Assembly (NCBI GenBank): GCA_041563475.1
Contig: JBFFMY010000002.1
Location: 20,794-84,793 of the forward strand
Direction of reading: 5' to 3'
DNA: 64,000 bases
Source: Salibacteraceae bacterium
GTDB taxonomy: Bacteria > Bacteroidota > Bacteroidia > Flavobacteriales_G > Salibacteraceae
Under the pieces are notes generated by a model. It was not told the DNA's origin. It saw only the letters and a list, made by a program, of their open reading frames with translations, and made no database searches. Positions 10,160-20,338 of this stretch are shown piece by piece; within the stretch, counting starts at the first letter, position 1; each line of letters begins with the position of its first letter. Both the position numbers and the translations under genes were made by a program.

Positions 10160-10357
10160 CCAATAAAATAAAGGCCACGCTTGCATTCCATTTAATTTAC
10201 TAACACTAATTCCATTTTATTATCTGGTGACAAACGGTTACAAACGACTAGTAAGCATTTAAGTACCGAATAAAGTTTTTTACGTGATAAATATTTGCCT
10301 TGTCAATATCGACAAACCACAAAACGTAATTCTATTATTAATTAAATACATAACACT

Positions 10358-10717
10358 ATGAGTACTTTAAGAAACAGAGTTCAATTAATCGGGAACTTAG
10401 GAAAAAACCCAGAAATCGTAAATTTCGATGGAGGGAAAAAATTAGCGAAATTTTCTATCGCCACGAATGAATCCTATAAAAACAAAAATGGGGAGCGTGT
10501 TACCGATACACAATGGCATAATGTGGTTGCCTGGGGACCTACTGCGGGAATTATTGAAAAATTTTGTACAAAGGGTCAAGAAGTGGCAATTGAAGGAAAG
10601 CTTAATCATTCAACTTATGAAAAAGATGGCGTAACCCATTACAAAACAGAGATACTCGTAAGTGAGGTACAATTACTTTCAAAAGCGAAAGAAACGGAAC
10701 AGGTTCCTTCGAATTAG
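10358..10717 (+). CDS. ssb: single-stranded DNA-binding protein, short form without the acidic C-terminal tip
   Basis: OB-fold signature NRVQLIGNLGKNPE...TQWHNVVAWG. 119 aa, ending ...ETEQVPSN. Confidence 0.88.
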   Translation: MSTLRNRVQLIGNLGKNPEIVNFDGGKKLAKFSIATNESYKNKNGERVTDTQWHNVVAWGPTAGIIEKFCTKGQEVAIEGKLNHSTYEKDGVTHYKTEILVSEVQLLSKAKETEQVPSN

Positions 10718-10795
10718 ACAAAACACCCTAATACTTATCCTAAGATTCGCTGCGTTGAAGAACTTTTGGTTCTTTAGCTCAGCGATTTCTTTTCA

Positions 10796-12679
10796 TTAAC
10801 CATCCGTAGGCTTACCATAAAAGTGAACAACTCCGTACAAAACCATTAATCCCAATGGCATGGTAATAAAGGAGGAAACACCCATAGCAGCCGGGATTGA
10901 CCCTATCACAATGGCCACTACTCCCACTGTTAAGGCATAGGGCATTTGCGTTTTTACGTGATTTAAATGATTACATGAGGTGGCTAATGAGCTCAATATG
11001 GTTGTATCGGAAATAGGAGAACAATGATCTCCGAAAACACTACCTGCTAAAACTACCGAAACTACGTTATAGAATATGATCATAGCTTCTTCATGTGATA
11101 AACCTCCTTCAATGGCTATATGATAGGATGCAGGTAACAACAAAGGATATAAAATAGCCATTGTGCCCCAGGATGAACCCGTAGAAAATGAAACCAACCC
11201 TGAAATAATGAACACTACTGCAGGAACAAAAACTGGAGAAAAAGAATCACTCCATAAACCTTGTAAAAAAACCGCTGTTTGCATGTCTTCTGTAATCCCA
11301 GCTAATGACCAAGCAGAAATCAAAATAACCATTGCAGGAATCATGGTTTTGAATCCGGCTATACCAGATTCAATTGTTTCTTCCAATTTCATTATTCTTT
11401 GGGATATGGTCATAATAACAGCTACTACTACACCCGAAAAAGAAGACCACACAAGGGCTTTGTATGAATCGGAATTTCCAATCACAATAGAAAGTTTTCT
11501 AAATGCACTTTCTTGCGAAATGGAAACCAAATCAGTGGAATGATAGCCCGTAACTAACATCCCAACAATAGCCCCAATAATAATAACCAAAATAGGAATT
11601 ATTGCATTAAAGGCCAGAGGATTAACCCCCTCTTTGGAAGTGAATTCACTCTCTACACTTTCTCCAGAAAAACTTTTGTCTTCCGCAGCATTTCGTGCAT
11701 TTTTTTCAAACTGCAGCATGGGTCCAAAATCTTTTCCTTTAAAAATAAGCATCAGCATAAATGCCAAAGTAAAAATGGGATAGAACGCGTATTTTAACGA
11801 TTGTAAAAATACCCCATAAGGTGATTCAGTTACTTCAGGTAAATGACTTAGTCCGGATTCTATATAACCCAATTCTGCACCTATCCATGTAGTTACAAAA
11901 GCAATGGCAGCAACGGGAGCTGCGGTTGAATCCACTAAATAGGCTAATTTTTCGCGAGAAATTTTCAATCTATCTGCCACGGGCCGCATGGTATTACCTA
12001 CTACCAAGGTATTTGCATAGTCATCAAAAAAAATGAGTATCCCCATAAACCAAATGACCAATTGCCCACTTTTTGGGTTTTTCGCATAAGGCTCTAGTCG
12101 GTTTACAACACCGCGCATTCCTCCATTTTTAGAAATAATACTTACCACAGCGGCAATAAACATGGAAAAGACAATTACTGCAATGTGGGACCAACTATTT
12201 ATTGCATTAATAGCGTAGGTATCAATAGTTTGTAAAAACCCAGATAATAACCCACTAAAACCTTTGGCATAAAAAGAAATTATTAAGGTCCCAGATAAAA
12301 TCCCAATAAATAAAGAGCTAATTACTTCCTTAAATAACAATGCCAGTAAAATTGCGAGCATTGGCGGAATTATGGATAACCATTGAGGGATTGGGTTAAT
12401 TTCTATATGTGCTTTTTCATTATTGACCTGTACAATTAAACTTTCCTTTTCCGTTGATGCATACGAAATAAGAATTTGACCATTCGGATCTATTTCAAAA
12501 TTTTGTGGAACTGAATTGAGAAAAACAGTGGAGTTTGAGTCCGCCCTATCATAGTTAATAATTATATCAAAATCAATACCTTGAACAATAATTTCCGGAA
12601 CTATTAAAGAGACTTTTTTTTGCGCAAACCCAGAAACAAAAAGACTAAGAAGAGCTAAACCGATAATAAATTTTCTCAT
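10796..12679 (-). CDS. nhaC: NhaC-family Na+/H+ antiporter with an extra N-terminal secreted domain
   Basis: Polytopic membrane protein with FDDYANTLVVGNTMRP-type NhaC segments. The first ~95 aa are a signal peptide plus a beta-rich domain. The start overlaps the upstream stop (ATGA). Confidence 0.75.
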   Translation of the reverse strand: MRKFIIGLALLSLFVSGFAQKKVSLIVPEIIVQGIDFDIIINYDRADSNSTVFLNSVPQNFEIDPNGQILISYASTEKESLIVQVNNEKAHIEINPIPQWLSIIPPMLAILLALLFKEVISSLFIGILSGTLIISFYAKGFSGLLSGFLQTIDTYAINAINSWSHIAVIVFSMFIAAVVSIISKNGGMRGVVNRLEPYAKNPKSGQLVIWFMGILIFFDDYANTLVVGNTMRPVADRLKISREKLAYLVDSTAAPVAAIAFVTTWIGAELGYIESGLSHLPEVTESPYGVFLQSLKYAFYPIFTLAFMLMLIFKGKDFGPMLQFEKNARNAAEDKSFSGESVESEFTSKEGVNPLAFNAIIPILVIIIGAIVGMLVTGYHSTDLVSISQESAFRKLSIVIGNSDSYKALVWSSFSGVVVAVIMTISQRIMKLEETIESGIAGFKTMIPAMVILISAWSLAGITEDMQTAVFLQGLWSDSFSPVFVPAVVFIISGLVSFSTGSSWGTMAILYPLLLPASYHIAIEGGLSHEEAMIIFYNVVSVVLAGSVFGDHCSPISDTTILSSLATSCNHLNHVKTQMPYALTVGVVAIVIGSIPAAMGVSSFITMPLGLMVLYGVVHFYGKPTDG

Positions 12680-14640
12680 TGTTCAATGGTCTTTAAATTT
12701 ATTTCATCAATTCTCTTACTTCCGCCATGGGAGTTCATTATTTCAATTTCCGGAGCATACCTCTTAGCAATTTTGTATCTCACCATTTTAAGGGTAGAAT
12801 TTACCATTTGGTTTTCTTCATTAAAAGGCTCAGGGGCTATGTAGAATATTTTTGGAACCCATTTAGATGGAAAAATATGCCTATACGTCCTATCGTTTAA
12901 AAATGCATTAAATTCATCCTTAATGAATTGGTACCCGTCCGTTTTGGAACGATTTCGAAAAAGGGACCTTTTTGATGGATCAATACTTACCACTGCCGTT
13001 GTGATTTTATTATGGTCGTTGTACAACATCACATGCGTAAATATTTTACTGCAATTTACAATGGCTTCTTCAATACCTTCTGGAGAGTATTTTTCGCCAT
13101 CCTCAGAAATTAATAGGGCCTTATTTCTTCCCGTTACCACTAAAAAACCATCCTCATCATAATACGCTAAATCACCGGTCCATAACCAACCATCTCTTAA
13201 GGCCAAGTCAGTCGCAATAGTATTTTTATAATACCCCTTCATCACATTATCTCCTTGAATAACAATCTCCCCTACCTCATTCGTTTTAGCCTCTTCGTTT
13301 GCATTCCGCATAATTTTGCATGTAATACTAGGCATGACGTTTCCAGATGTTCCTAATTTATGCTGGAATGGAGTATTGGAAGAAATTATAGGAGCTGCCT
13401 CGGTTAAGCCATATCCTTGAAAAATGGGAGTTCCAATAGATTTATAAAATTCCTGTTGCTTTATATCTAATAAAGCCCCTCCACCAACCATAAATTCTAA
13501 TTCTCCACCAAACACATCAGCCAATTTACCAAAAATTAGAGCGTTTGCAATCGTATAATTAAACCAATTTGTTCCTTTTATTATAGATGATATTGGGTTA
13601 AATCCATTACCATAAATTCTCGTGCCAGCTTGTATTCCGCGCTCAAATATTCCATTTATCAATTCGCCTTTTTCCTTAACCCCTTCTTTCATTTTATTGA
13701 TGAAATTTCCCGATAATGCAGGAACGGTAAGCAAAAATTGGGGTCTGACTTCCTTTAAGTTTATAGGAATGTTTTTTATTGCATGAGTAACTCCGCCCCG
13801 AGTATCTAAAAAGAACAAATCCAATGCTTTAAACAACGCACCATATAATGCTACGGTATGAGCAAAAGAGTGATCTACTGGGAGGATAACCAAAGTTCGG
13901 AAGTTCTTTTTCAGCTTAAAAACAGTTATTCCATCTCGCGCATTACTGTAATAATTCAAATGGGTTAGCATTATTCCTTTTGGGTTTCCAGTCGTGCCAG
14001 AAGTATAGGAAATATTCACGATGTCATTTTCATCAATGGAGTTTCTTATTTTATCTAATTTCGGTTGAAATTCAACGAATTTCTTTTCGCCATTACGAAT
14101 AGCTTCCCAAAATAATAGTCCTCTAGAAAGAGGGATTCCAGCGTTGGCCATTTCAATCTCAAAGTATTCATGGTCTTCATCCATGAAAATTATTTTCATA
14201 TCCTTATTATCCACTTCATTCAAAATGGACAATACCTTAGGTAAATGATTTTTAGAAGTGAAAATACCTTGAACATCCGCATGGTTTAGTCTGAATGGAA
14301 TTTCTTCAGGTAAAAGTTTTACAGATAAAGGTACCGAAACAGCATTTATGTTTAAAACTGCGTATTCACTCATTACCCACATTGGGCTTCCTTCACTCAA
14401 AATAGCAAAGTTTTGTTTTGGTGTAAAACCAGCTTCTATCAAGGATACGGCAACAAAATCGCTATTTTTCTTGACATCCGAAAAGGAATATGAATCCCAT
14501 CCATTATCTGTTTTACGACTCACATACCGATCATTTTTAAATTCAACAGATGCATTATCAAGTAATTGAATAATAGTTCTTTTGCCTTTTTCTAACGTTA
14601 TCATTCTCCTATCAATTAAGTCATAAAAGTAAACTTTCAA
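12676..14640 (-). CDS. long-chain acyl-CoA synthetase (AMP-dependent synthetase/ligase)
   Basis: AMP-binding motif YTSGTTGNPKGIMLTH, plus GYGLTE and TGDLAYYDEDGFLVVTGRNK. The ORF begins with TTG at 14640, and an alternative ATG start lies at 14604. Confidence 0.88.
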   Translation of the reverse strand: MKVYFYDLIDRRMITLEKGKRTIIQLLDNASVEFKNDRYVSRKTDNGWDSYSFSDVKKNSDFVAVSLIEAGFTPKQNFAILSEGSPMWVMSEYAVLNINAVSVPLSVKLLPEEIPFRLNHADVQGIFTSKNHLPKVLSILNEVDNKDMKIIFMDEDHEYFEIEMANAGIPLSRGLLFWEAIRNGEKKFVEFQPKLDKIRNSIDENDIVNISYTSGTTGNPKGIMLTHLNYYSNARDGITVFKLKKNFRTLVILPVDHSFAHTVALYGALFKALDLFFLDTRGGVTHAIKNIPINLKEVRPQFLLTVPALSGNFINKMKEGVKEKGELINGIFERGIQAGTRIYGNGFNPISSIIKGTNWFNYTIANALIFGKLADVFGGELEFMVGGGALLDIKQQEFYKSIGTPIFQGYGLTEAAPIISSNTPFQHKLGTSGNVMPSITCKIMRNANEEAKTNEVGEIVIQGDNVMKGYYKNTIATDLALRDGWLWTGDLAYYDEDGFLVVTGRNKALLISEDGEKYSPEGIEEAIVNCSKIFTHVMLYNDHNKITTAVVSIDPSKRSLFRNRSKTDGYQFIKDEFNAFLNDRTYRHIFPSKWVPKIFYIAPEPFNEENQMVNSTLKMVRYKIAKRYAPEIEIMNSHGGSKRIDEINLKTIEQ

Positions 14641-14723
14641 GTCTATAATAAAAGGAGAAATTACACTTTATGCCTGTTTTTATGTTTTTCAAATTGTAAA
14701 TTGGACCTATTAAATTGCGGACT

Positions 14724-15152
14724 ATGAATACCCATTTTCAGAAATTAATACACATGTACAATGCTGCGCCTATTAACAATATATATAATCCAACGTTGAC
14801 AATTGAATCTGGCATGGCAGAAATTTCTCAAAAAGTAGAGTCCAAATTCTTTCATGCCGCAAACGCTTTGCATGGGTCTGTATATTTCAAATTACTGGAC
14901 GATGCCTCTTTTTTCGCTGCAAATTCGCTTGTGTCGGATGTATTTGTGCTCACCACAAATTTCAATATCAAACTTTTACGGCCCGTTTCACAGGGTGCAT
15001 TGTCTGCTAAAGCAACTGTTTCATCCCATTCCATTAAGCTAATAATCACAGAGGCTAGCCTTTTTTCGGATACTGGAAAGCTTATAGCCACTGGAGTAGG
15101 GACTTTTATGAGAAGTAAAATACCCCTTACTTCAGAAATTGGCTATAAGTAA
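14724..15152 (+). CDS. PaaI-type hotdog-fold thioesterase
   Basis: NALHGSVYFKLLDDASFFAANS-type motif; about 140 aa. I prefer the ATG at 14724 over the TTG at 14715 given by the track. Confidence 0.7.
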   Translation: MNTHFQKLIHMYNAAPINNIYNPTLTIESGMAEISQKVESKFFHAANALHGSVYFKLLDDASFFAANSLVSDVFVLTTNFNIKLLRPVSQGALSAKATVSSHSIKLIITEASLFSDTGKLIATGVGTFMRSKIPLTSEIGYK

Positions 15153-15201
15153 TTGATACTTTGAATTATTTTGAATACATTAGAGCCCTATTCTATTAAT
15201 A

Positions 15202-15951
15202 ATGAAATATATAGGCGTAATATTACTTTGCTTTATTGGCTTTACTGCTAATTCACAGACGTATTACAAATATATCAAGCCTGAAGCTAGTAGCTATAAT
15301 GGGTTTAGAAACTATGATTTTGCAAGTTTTTCCTCGGGAATAACTCTTCCAATAGGACCATTTTCGGGGGAACCAAAAGGCCTGGGGTTTCAAGGGTTTG
15401 CAGATAACGGCTGGTTTGCCAAAGCAGGAATGGGCTTTCAAATAAATGAACGCTTTTCATTTAGCGGAATGGTTTCTTATAGTAATATGCCCGTTAACCA
15501 GCAAAAACTCATTTCATATGTTGAAGAAATTACTCCCGAAAAAATAATTAGTGCCAATACGTCAAATTGGCAAATCACCGCCTTTTATTTTGGACCAACC
15601 GTTGCTTATTCTGAGGGTTTGTATTTCTTTTTGTTTTCAGGTAAACTAGGAGTTAACGGAGTTTCATCTCCAAATATTGAAATGATTTATTCTGATTTTT
15701 CATCTGAACGGCAAATGTCCCAAAATTCAAGTATTGGCTATGGATTTGGATACGACCTTGAAATTCAGATGGGGTATCGATTTAATGAGATTTTTGGCCT
15801 ATCACTTGTTTACAATTACACCCAATCAATGGCAAAATTTGAAAATGTGGTTTATGATTACAATAACGGAATTAATCAGAAGATTGACTTTGAAGAAACT
15901 ATTCAAGTTTCAAACTTTTCATTGAATTTTATTTTTTACTTCGATAATTAA
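15202..15951 (+). CDS. putative outer-membrane beta-barrel protein
   Basis: Signal peptide MKYIGVILLCFIGFTANSQ, then alternating aromatic/Gly beta-strand patterns. Confidence 0.55.
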   Translation: MKYIGVILLCFIGFTANSQTYYKYIKPEASSYNGFRNYDFASFSSGITLPIGPFSGEPKGLGFQGFADNGWFAKAGMGFQINERFSFSGMVSYSNMPVNQQKLISYVEEITPEKIISANTSNWQITAFYFGPTVAYSEGLYFFLFSGKLGVNGVSSPNIEMIYSDFSSERQMSQNSSIGYGFGYDLEIQMGYRFNEIFGLSLVYNYTQSMAKFENVVYDYNNGINQKIDFEETIQVSNFSLNFIFYFDN

Positions 15952-15988
15952 CCATTCTTTTGTTTTTCCAATTTAACAACTAAACAAA

Positions 15989-16801
15989 ATGGATTATCAA
16001 CATTATCTAGACACAGGGTTAAACTATGTAATTTCCTATGCCCCAAAACTAATTATTGCCTTACTAATTTTATGGATTGGTATAAAAATTATTAACGCGA
16101 TCACCAACGGAATTGACCGTGTTATGGAAGCTCGTGGAATAGACCCTACACTGCGTCCTTTCCTGCATAATTTACTTTCTTGGACCTTGAAAGTAGCTCT
16201 TTTCATTGTAGCTATTGGTCAAGTTGGTATTGAAACTACATCCTTTATTGCCGTTCTGGGAGCAGCTGGTTTAGCTGTGGGTCTTGCATTACAAGGAACT
16301 TTATCCAATTTTGCTAGTGGTGTAATGCTTCTGATTTTTAGACCATTTAAAGTGGGTGATTTTATTGATGCTGGTGGCCATATGGGTACAGCGGAAGAAA
16401 TTTCAATTTTTGTAACCAAAATGAGAACTCCAGAAAATCGTTTGATAATTATTCCTAATAGTGCCGTAGGAAGTGGTTCTATCACAAATTATTCGGATGC
16501 TGAAAAAGTGCAAGCTCGTTTAGCTATTGGTATTTCATATGATGCGAATATCAAAAAATCGCGTGATATTATCATGGAAACACTTTTAAAGGATACAAGA
16601 ATCATGAGTGATGAACCAAAAGAAGTTTTTGTGACTAATTTAGGCGATAGCTCTGTAGATTTATCGGTTCGTTTTTGGGTTGATCCCAGCGTTTATTGGC
16701 CAACTTATTTTGCAAATATTGAAGCGATTAAAATTGCGCTTGACGATGCTGGAATTGAAATTCCATTCCCACAACGTGTGGTGCATATGAAACAATCTTA
16801 A
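15989..16801 (+). CDS. mscS: small-conductance mechanosensitive channel (MscS family)
   Basis: Three N-terminal TM segments followed by PFKVGDFIDAGGHMGTAEEISIFVTKMRTPENRLIIIPNS. Confidence 0.9.
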   Translation: MDYQHYLDTGLNYVISYAPKLIIALLILWIGIKIINAITNGIDRVMEARGIDPTLRPFLHNLLSWTLKVALFIVAIGQVGIETTSFIAVLGAAGLAVGLALQGTLSNFASGVMLLIFRPFKVGDFIDAGGHMGTAEEISIFVTKMRTPENRLIIIPNSAVGSGSITNYSDAEKVQARLAIGISYDANIKKSRDIIMETLLKDTRIMSDEPKEVFVTNLGDSSVDLSVRFWVDPSVYWPTYFANIEAIKIALDDAGIEIPFPQRVVHMKQS

Positions 16802-16822
16802 GAATAAAATTTCTTAAATTTC

Positions 16823-16856
16823 AAGCCTCTTTTCATAAGGAAAGAGGCTTTTTTTA
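16823..16856 (+). terminator. intrinsic terminator after mscS
   Basis: Perfect 10-bp stem aagcctcttt/aaagaggctt, 8-nt loop, then TTTTT. Confidence 0.75.
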
Positions 16857-16863
16857 TGTTGTT

Positions 16864-17098
16864 GTCACTTTGAGTAATTCGAGCTTGTGAGGATTGCATC
16901 GAGAAGCAATTTAACAGCCCTTTGTTCTCGATACAATTTCCACGAAATCACTAGAAATGACATTTTAGTCTTCTTGATTTCTTTTATGCTGCTCAAAAAA
17001 CATTCCTTTCGAAGAAAGGAACGAGGATGCCTCTCTAAAATATAACAAGAGAAAAAGTATTACACCCTATTGTGCTGTGACTTCGAGTGATTCGAGCT
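16864..17098. repeat. REP/MITE-like cluster of structured repeats in a convergent intergenic region
   Basis: Three copies of a ~22-nt motif. Copy 1 is GTCACTTTGAGTAATTCGAGCT at 16864-16885 (+). Copy 2 is GTCATTTCTAGTGATTTCGTGG at 16940-16961 (inverted). Copy 3 is GTGACTTCGAGTGATTCGAGCT at 17077-17098 (+, 19/22 identical to copy 1). There is a nested inverted repeat atcgagaa/ttctcgat, and a perfect hairpin ttcctttc-gaa-gaaaggaa at 17003-17021. Confidence 0.6.
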
Positions 17099-17131
17099 GA
17101 CAGCCAAAAATAAATTGATAGAAAATGACTC

Positions 17132-17812
17132 CTACAACCAATCAGTCCACTTCCCTACTTTTCCCGGAATCACAATTTCCTTTTTCAAAATATTCTCAAA
17201 CTCAGTTCTCGGAATTTCATCAGCTCCTAAAGACTCTAAATAACCAGTATAATCTTGACAATCAATAAGCTTAAAACCTTTTAAACTCAATCCATTGACT
17301 AAGGTTATAAATCCAAGTTTGGAGGCATTACTCACTTTCGTAAACATAGACTCCCCAAAAAAAACCTTTCCCAAAGAAATTCCATATAAGCCGCCAACTA
17401 ATTTTTGGTCTTCCCAAACTTCCACAGAATGAGCATGTCCTAAATCATGCAATTTGCAATAGGCATCCTCCATTTCTTTGGTAATCCACGTGCCACTTTG
17501 ACCTGCTCGATTTGAGGTTTTGCAATTCCGAATTACATCCGGAAAACAAGTATCGTATGTTACTGAAAATTTATTGGAACGCATAACTTGGCGCATTGAT
17601 TTTGAAATCTTCAAATCATTGATAAACAAAACAAATCGAGGGTCTGGCGCCCACCACAAAATCTCTGAACCTTCATTAAACCATGGGAAAATTCCATTCT
17701 TATAGGCTTCCAAAAGTCGTTCGGGGGATAAGTCACCGCCAACGGCAATAATTCCTTCAGGACTCGCCCAAACAGAGCTTGGGAATTGAATTTTATCGGT
17801 TAAAAAAAACAT
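17132..17812 (-). CDS. aat: leucyl/phenylalanyl-tRNA--protein transferase
   Basis: FPWF...ILWWAPDPRFVL and GGLYGISLGKVFFGESMF motifs. Confidence 0.9.
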   Translation of the reverse strand: MFFLTDKIQFPSSVWASPEGIIAVGGDLSPERLLEAYKNGIFPWFNEGSEILWWAPDPRFVLFINDLKISKSMRQVMRSNKFSVTYDTCFPDVIRNCKTSNRAGQSGTWITKEMEDAYCKLHDLGHAHSVEVWEDQKLVGGLYGISLGKVFFGESMFTKVSNASKLGFITLVNGLSLKGFKLIDCQDYTGYLESLGADEIPRTEFENILKKEIVIPGKVGKWTDWL

Positions 17813-17814
17813 CT

Positions 17815-19554
17815 CTAATTTCCAGCTGCAGAATTTTCTCCACGTAAATAATCGGGAGCACCTTCTAATTTCCCACCATCTAATATCAAAATGGCGCTCA
17901 TTTTCCCAATCTTATCCCAATCCTCTAATTGATGCCCCATCAAAATCAAAGAGTCCAAAACGACCGAATCAATTTGGTTGGTTTCATAAAACAACCTATT
18001 TGGCAACCATTGGCTATGTGTTTTTGATGCGTTTACGGCTTCTTGCATAGTCATATCGTATGAAATAACATTTTGAATGGTTTGATAAGTAGTATTAATT
18101 ATGGTTGATCCACCAGGAGTTCCAACCACCATAAATAATTGACCATTTTTTTCTACTATGGTTGGCGACATACTACTTAACATTCGCTTCTCTGGCTGAA
18201 TGGCATTAGCTTTTCCTCCAACCAGTCCAAATTGATTGGGAACCCCAGGTTTAATACTAAAATCATCCATTTCATTATTTAAAAAGAAACCCGCACCAGA
18301 AACTAGAACTTTTGATCCAAAATTTCCATTCAGGGTAGTAGTAATGGAAACAGCATTCCCCCATTTATCTACAATACTAAAATGCGTAGTTTCATGGCTT
18401 TCAATTACCTCTACGGTACCGGATTTTACCTCTTCTGAAGGAGTAGCTTTAGATAAGTTAATGGATGAATTTCGATCATTTAAATACAAATCAGAAAGCA
18501 ATAGTTCTTGTGGAATTTTAAGGAAATCAGGATCTCCTAAATGAGTTGCTCGATCCGCAAACACACGCCTTTGAAGCTCTGTCATCAAATGAATAGCTTT
18601 TGCGCTGTTATGACCATATTTGGAAATTTCAAAGGATTGTGCTCCTTTAAGTAATTGAATTAATGCAATTCCTCCACTTGAAGGAGGTCCCATGGAGTAA
18701 AACGTATACTCTCCTATTTGTGCGGACACAGGTATTCTCCAAATAGGTTCATAATTATACAAATCATCCGAAGTAATTAATCCATTTCGTTTATTAGATT
18801 CTTTTACAATTTGTTTAGCTACCAATCCTCTATAAAATTCTTGAGATCCCTTTTCCCCAATTCTAAAAAGCGATTCACCCAACGTGGTTAAAATTATGGA
18901 ATCACCTTCCACCCATTCTGTTTCTTTTACGTAAGGATTAGAACCCGTATTTTGTTCCAGGAATGCTGTTTTGTATCGATTTAAAACATCCGCTTCTCCT
19001 TTGGTTAATGGAAATCCAATTAATGCCAATTCAATAGAAGGTGCTACTATTTTATCCCAAGGAATTTTACCATATTTTCGGTGCAATGCTTCCATACCAG
19101 CAATTGTACCCGGAACTCCAACAGAAAAAATACCCAATTTACTTTTATCTGGAATAACATTTCCCAGGCTATCCAAATAGATCGTTTCAGAAGCCAAAAG
19201 CGGTGCTTTTTCCCTAAAATCCAAAGTTCCCACTTCGCCATTTGATTGTCTGTAAACGGCAAATCCTCCACCTCCAATATTCCCTGCTCGTGGATACACT
19301 ACTGACAGAGCAAATTGAACTGCCGCTGCAGCATCAAATGCGTTACCTCCCTTTTCTAATATTTCCAAACCTACCTGACTGGCTAAAGGATGCGCAGATA
19401 CCACCATTGTATGTTCGGAAATCAACTCTTCACTCTGACTATTTTCTTCCTTATTGGAATTGGTACATGCATTTAGCAGAATAAAAAATCCAAAAAAGAA
19501 AATAATGTAAGATATTGATTTTAAATATTTTAATTTAATTTGAAACGAAACCAT
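17815..19554 (-). CDS. ggt: gamma-glutamyltransferase
   Basis: Autoprocessing/catalytic site ...HETTHFSIVDKWGNAVS, plus GSKVLVSGAGFFLNNEMDDF. Lipoprotein-like signal (...LLNAC). Confidence 0.9.
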   Translation of the reverse strand: MVSFQIKLKYLKSISYIIFFFGFFILLNACTNSNKEENSQSEELISEHTMVVSAHPLASQVGLEILEKGGNAFDAAAAVQFALSVVYPRAGNIGGGGFAVYRQSNGEVGTLDFREKAPLLASETIYLDSLGNVIPDKSKLGIFSVGVPGTIAGMEALHRKYGKIPWDKIVAPSIELALIGFPLTKGEADVLNRYKTAFLEQNTGSNPYVKETEWVEGDSIILTTLGESLFRIGEKGSQEFYRGLVAKQIVKESNKRNGLITSDDLYNYEPIWRIPVSAQIGEYTFYSMGPPSSGGIALIQLLKGAQSFEISKYGHNSAKAIHLMTELQRRVFADRATHLGDPDFLKIPQELLLSDLYLNDRNSSINLSKATPSEEVKSGTVEVIESHETTHFSIVDKWGNAVSITTTLNGNFGSKVLVSGAGFFLNNEMDDFSIKPGVPNQFGLVGGKANAIQPEKRMLSSMSPTIVEKNGQLFMVVGTPGGSTIINTTYQTIQNVISYDMTMQEAVNASKTHSQWLPNRLFYETNQIDSVVLDSLILMGHQLEDWDKIGKMSAILILDGGKLEGAPDYLRGENSAAGN

Positions 19555-19669
19555 GTGGCTAAAAATTGATAAATGTTTGAATATTAGAAAAGATAAGTCA
19601 GTACTTCATATATATAATTAACTATATCTTTATCCTCGCAAATTTAGTTATACATTTAATACAAAAACT

Positions 19670-20317
19670 ATGGAATTTATAAATGAAATTCACGCCATTT
19701 TAAGCGCACCCTGGCCTTGGTGGGCAGGCGGAATTGTTATCGCAATCACATTATTTTTATTGTTGCTTTTTGGGAAGGAATTCGGTTTATCTGCGAATCT
19801 TCGCACCATGTGTGCAGCAGATGGAGCAGGTGATTTTTCAGATTTCTTTAATTTCGACTGGCAAGCACAAGGTTGGAATTTAATGGTGGCTTTAGGTGCT
19901 CTTTTTGGAGGCTATATGGCTGCAAATTACTTTTCTCCAGGCCAAAACGCCCATATTTCTGAGGCAACTATTGAAACCTTAAACGAAATTTCCGCGGGTG
20001 TGGAAGGTGCTCAACTCGTGTATGGTGAAGTTCCTATTGTTCCTGCTGCTACTATTGAAAACCCGGTAATTTCGGATTTCTGGAATTTATATAGCTGGGA
20101 GTCCTTATTTACCCTTCGCGGTTTAATCGTAATTATTGGTGGTGGGTTCCTCATTGGTTTTGGATCTAGATACGCAGGAGGATGTACTTCTGGGCATGCT
20201 ATTTCAGGTATTGCTGATTTACAATTGCCCTCTTTGGTAGCCGTCATCTTTTTCTTTGTGGGCGGTTTACTAATGACTTATCTGATTTTACCTTACATAC
20301 TGCAAATCCCAATTTAA
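19670..20317 (+). CDS. YeeE/YedE-family sulfur-compound transporter component
   Basis: Membrane protein with the GGCTSGH motif (RYAGGCTSGHAISG). Confidence 0.8.
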   Translation: MEFINEIHAILSAPWPWWAGGIVIAITLFLLLLFGKEFGLSANLRTMCAADGAGDFSDFFNFDWQAQGWNLMVALGALFGGYMAANYFSPGQNAHISEATIETLNEISAGVEGAQLVYGEVPIVPAATIENPVISDFWNLYSWESLFTLRGLIVIIGGGFLIGFGSRYAGGCTSGHAISGIADLQLPSLVAVIFFFVGGLLMTYLILPYILQIPI

Positions 20318-20338
20318 CAATCAACAAAAATTAGAATC

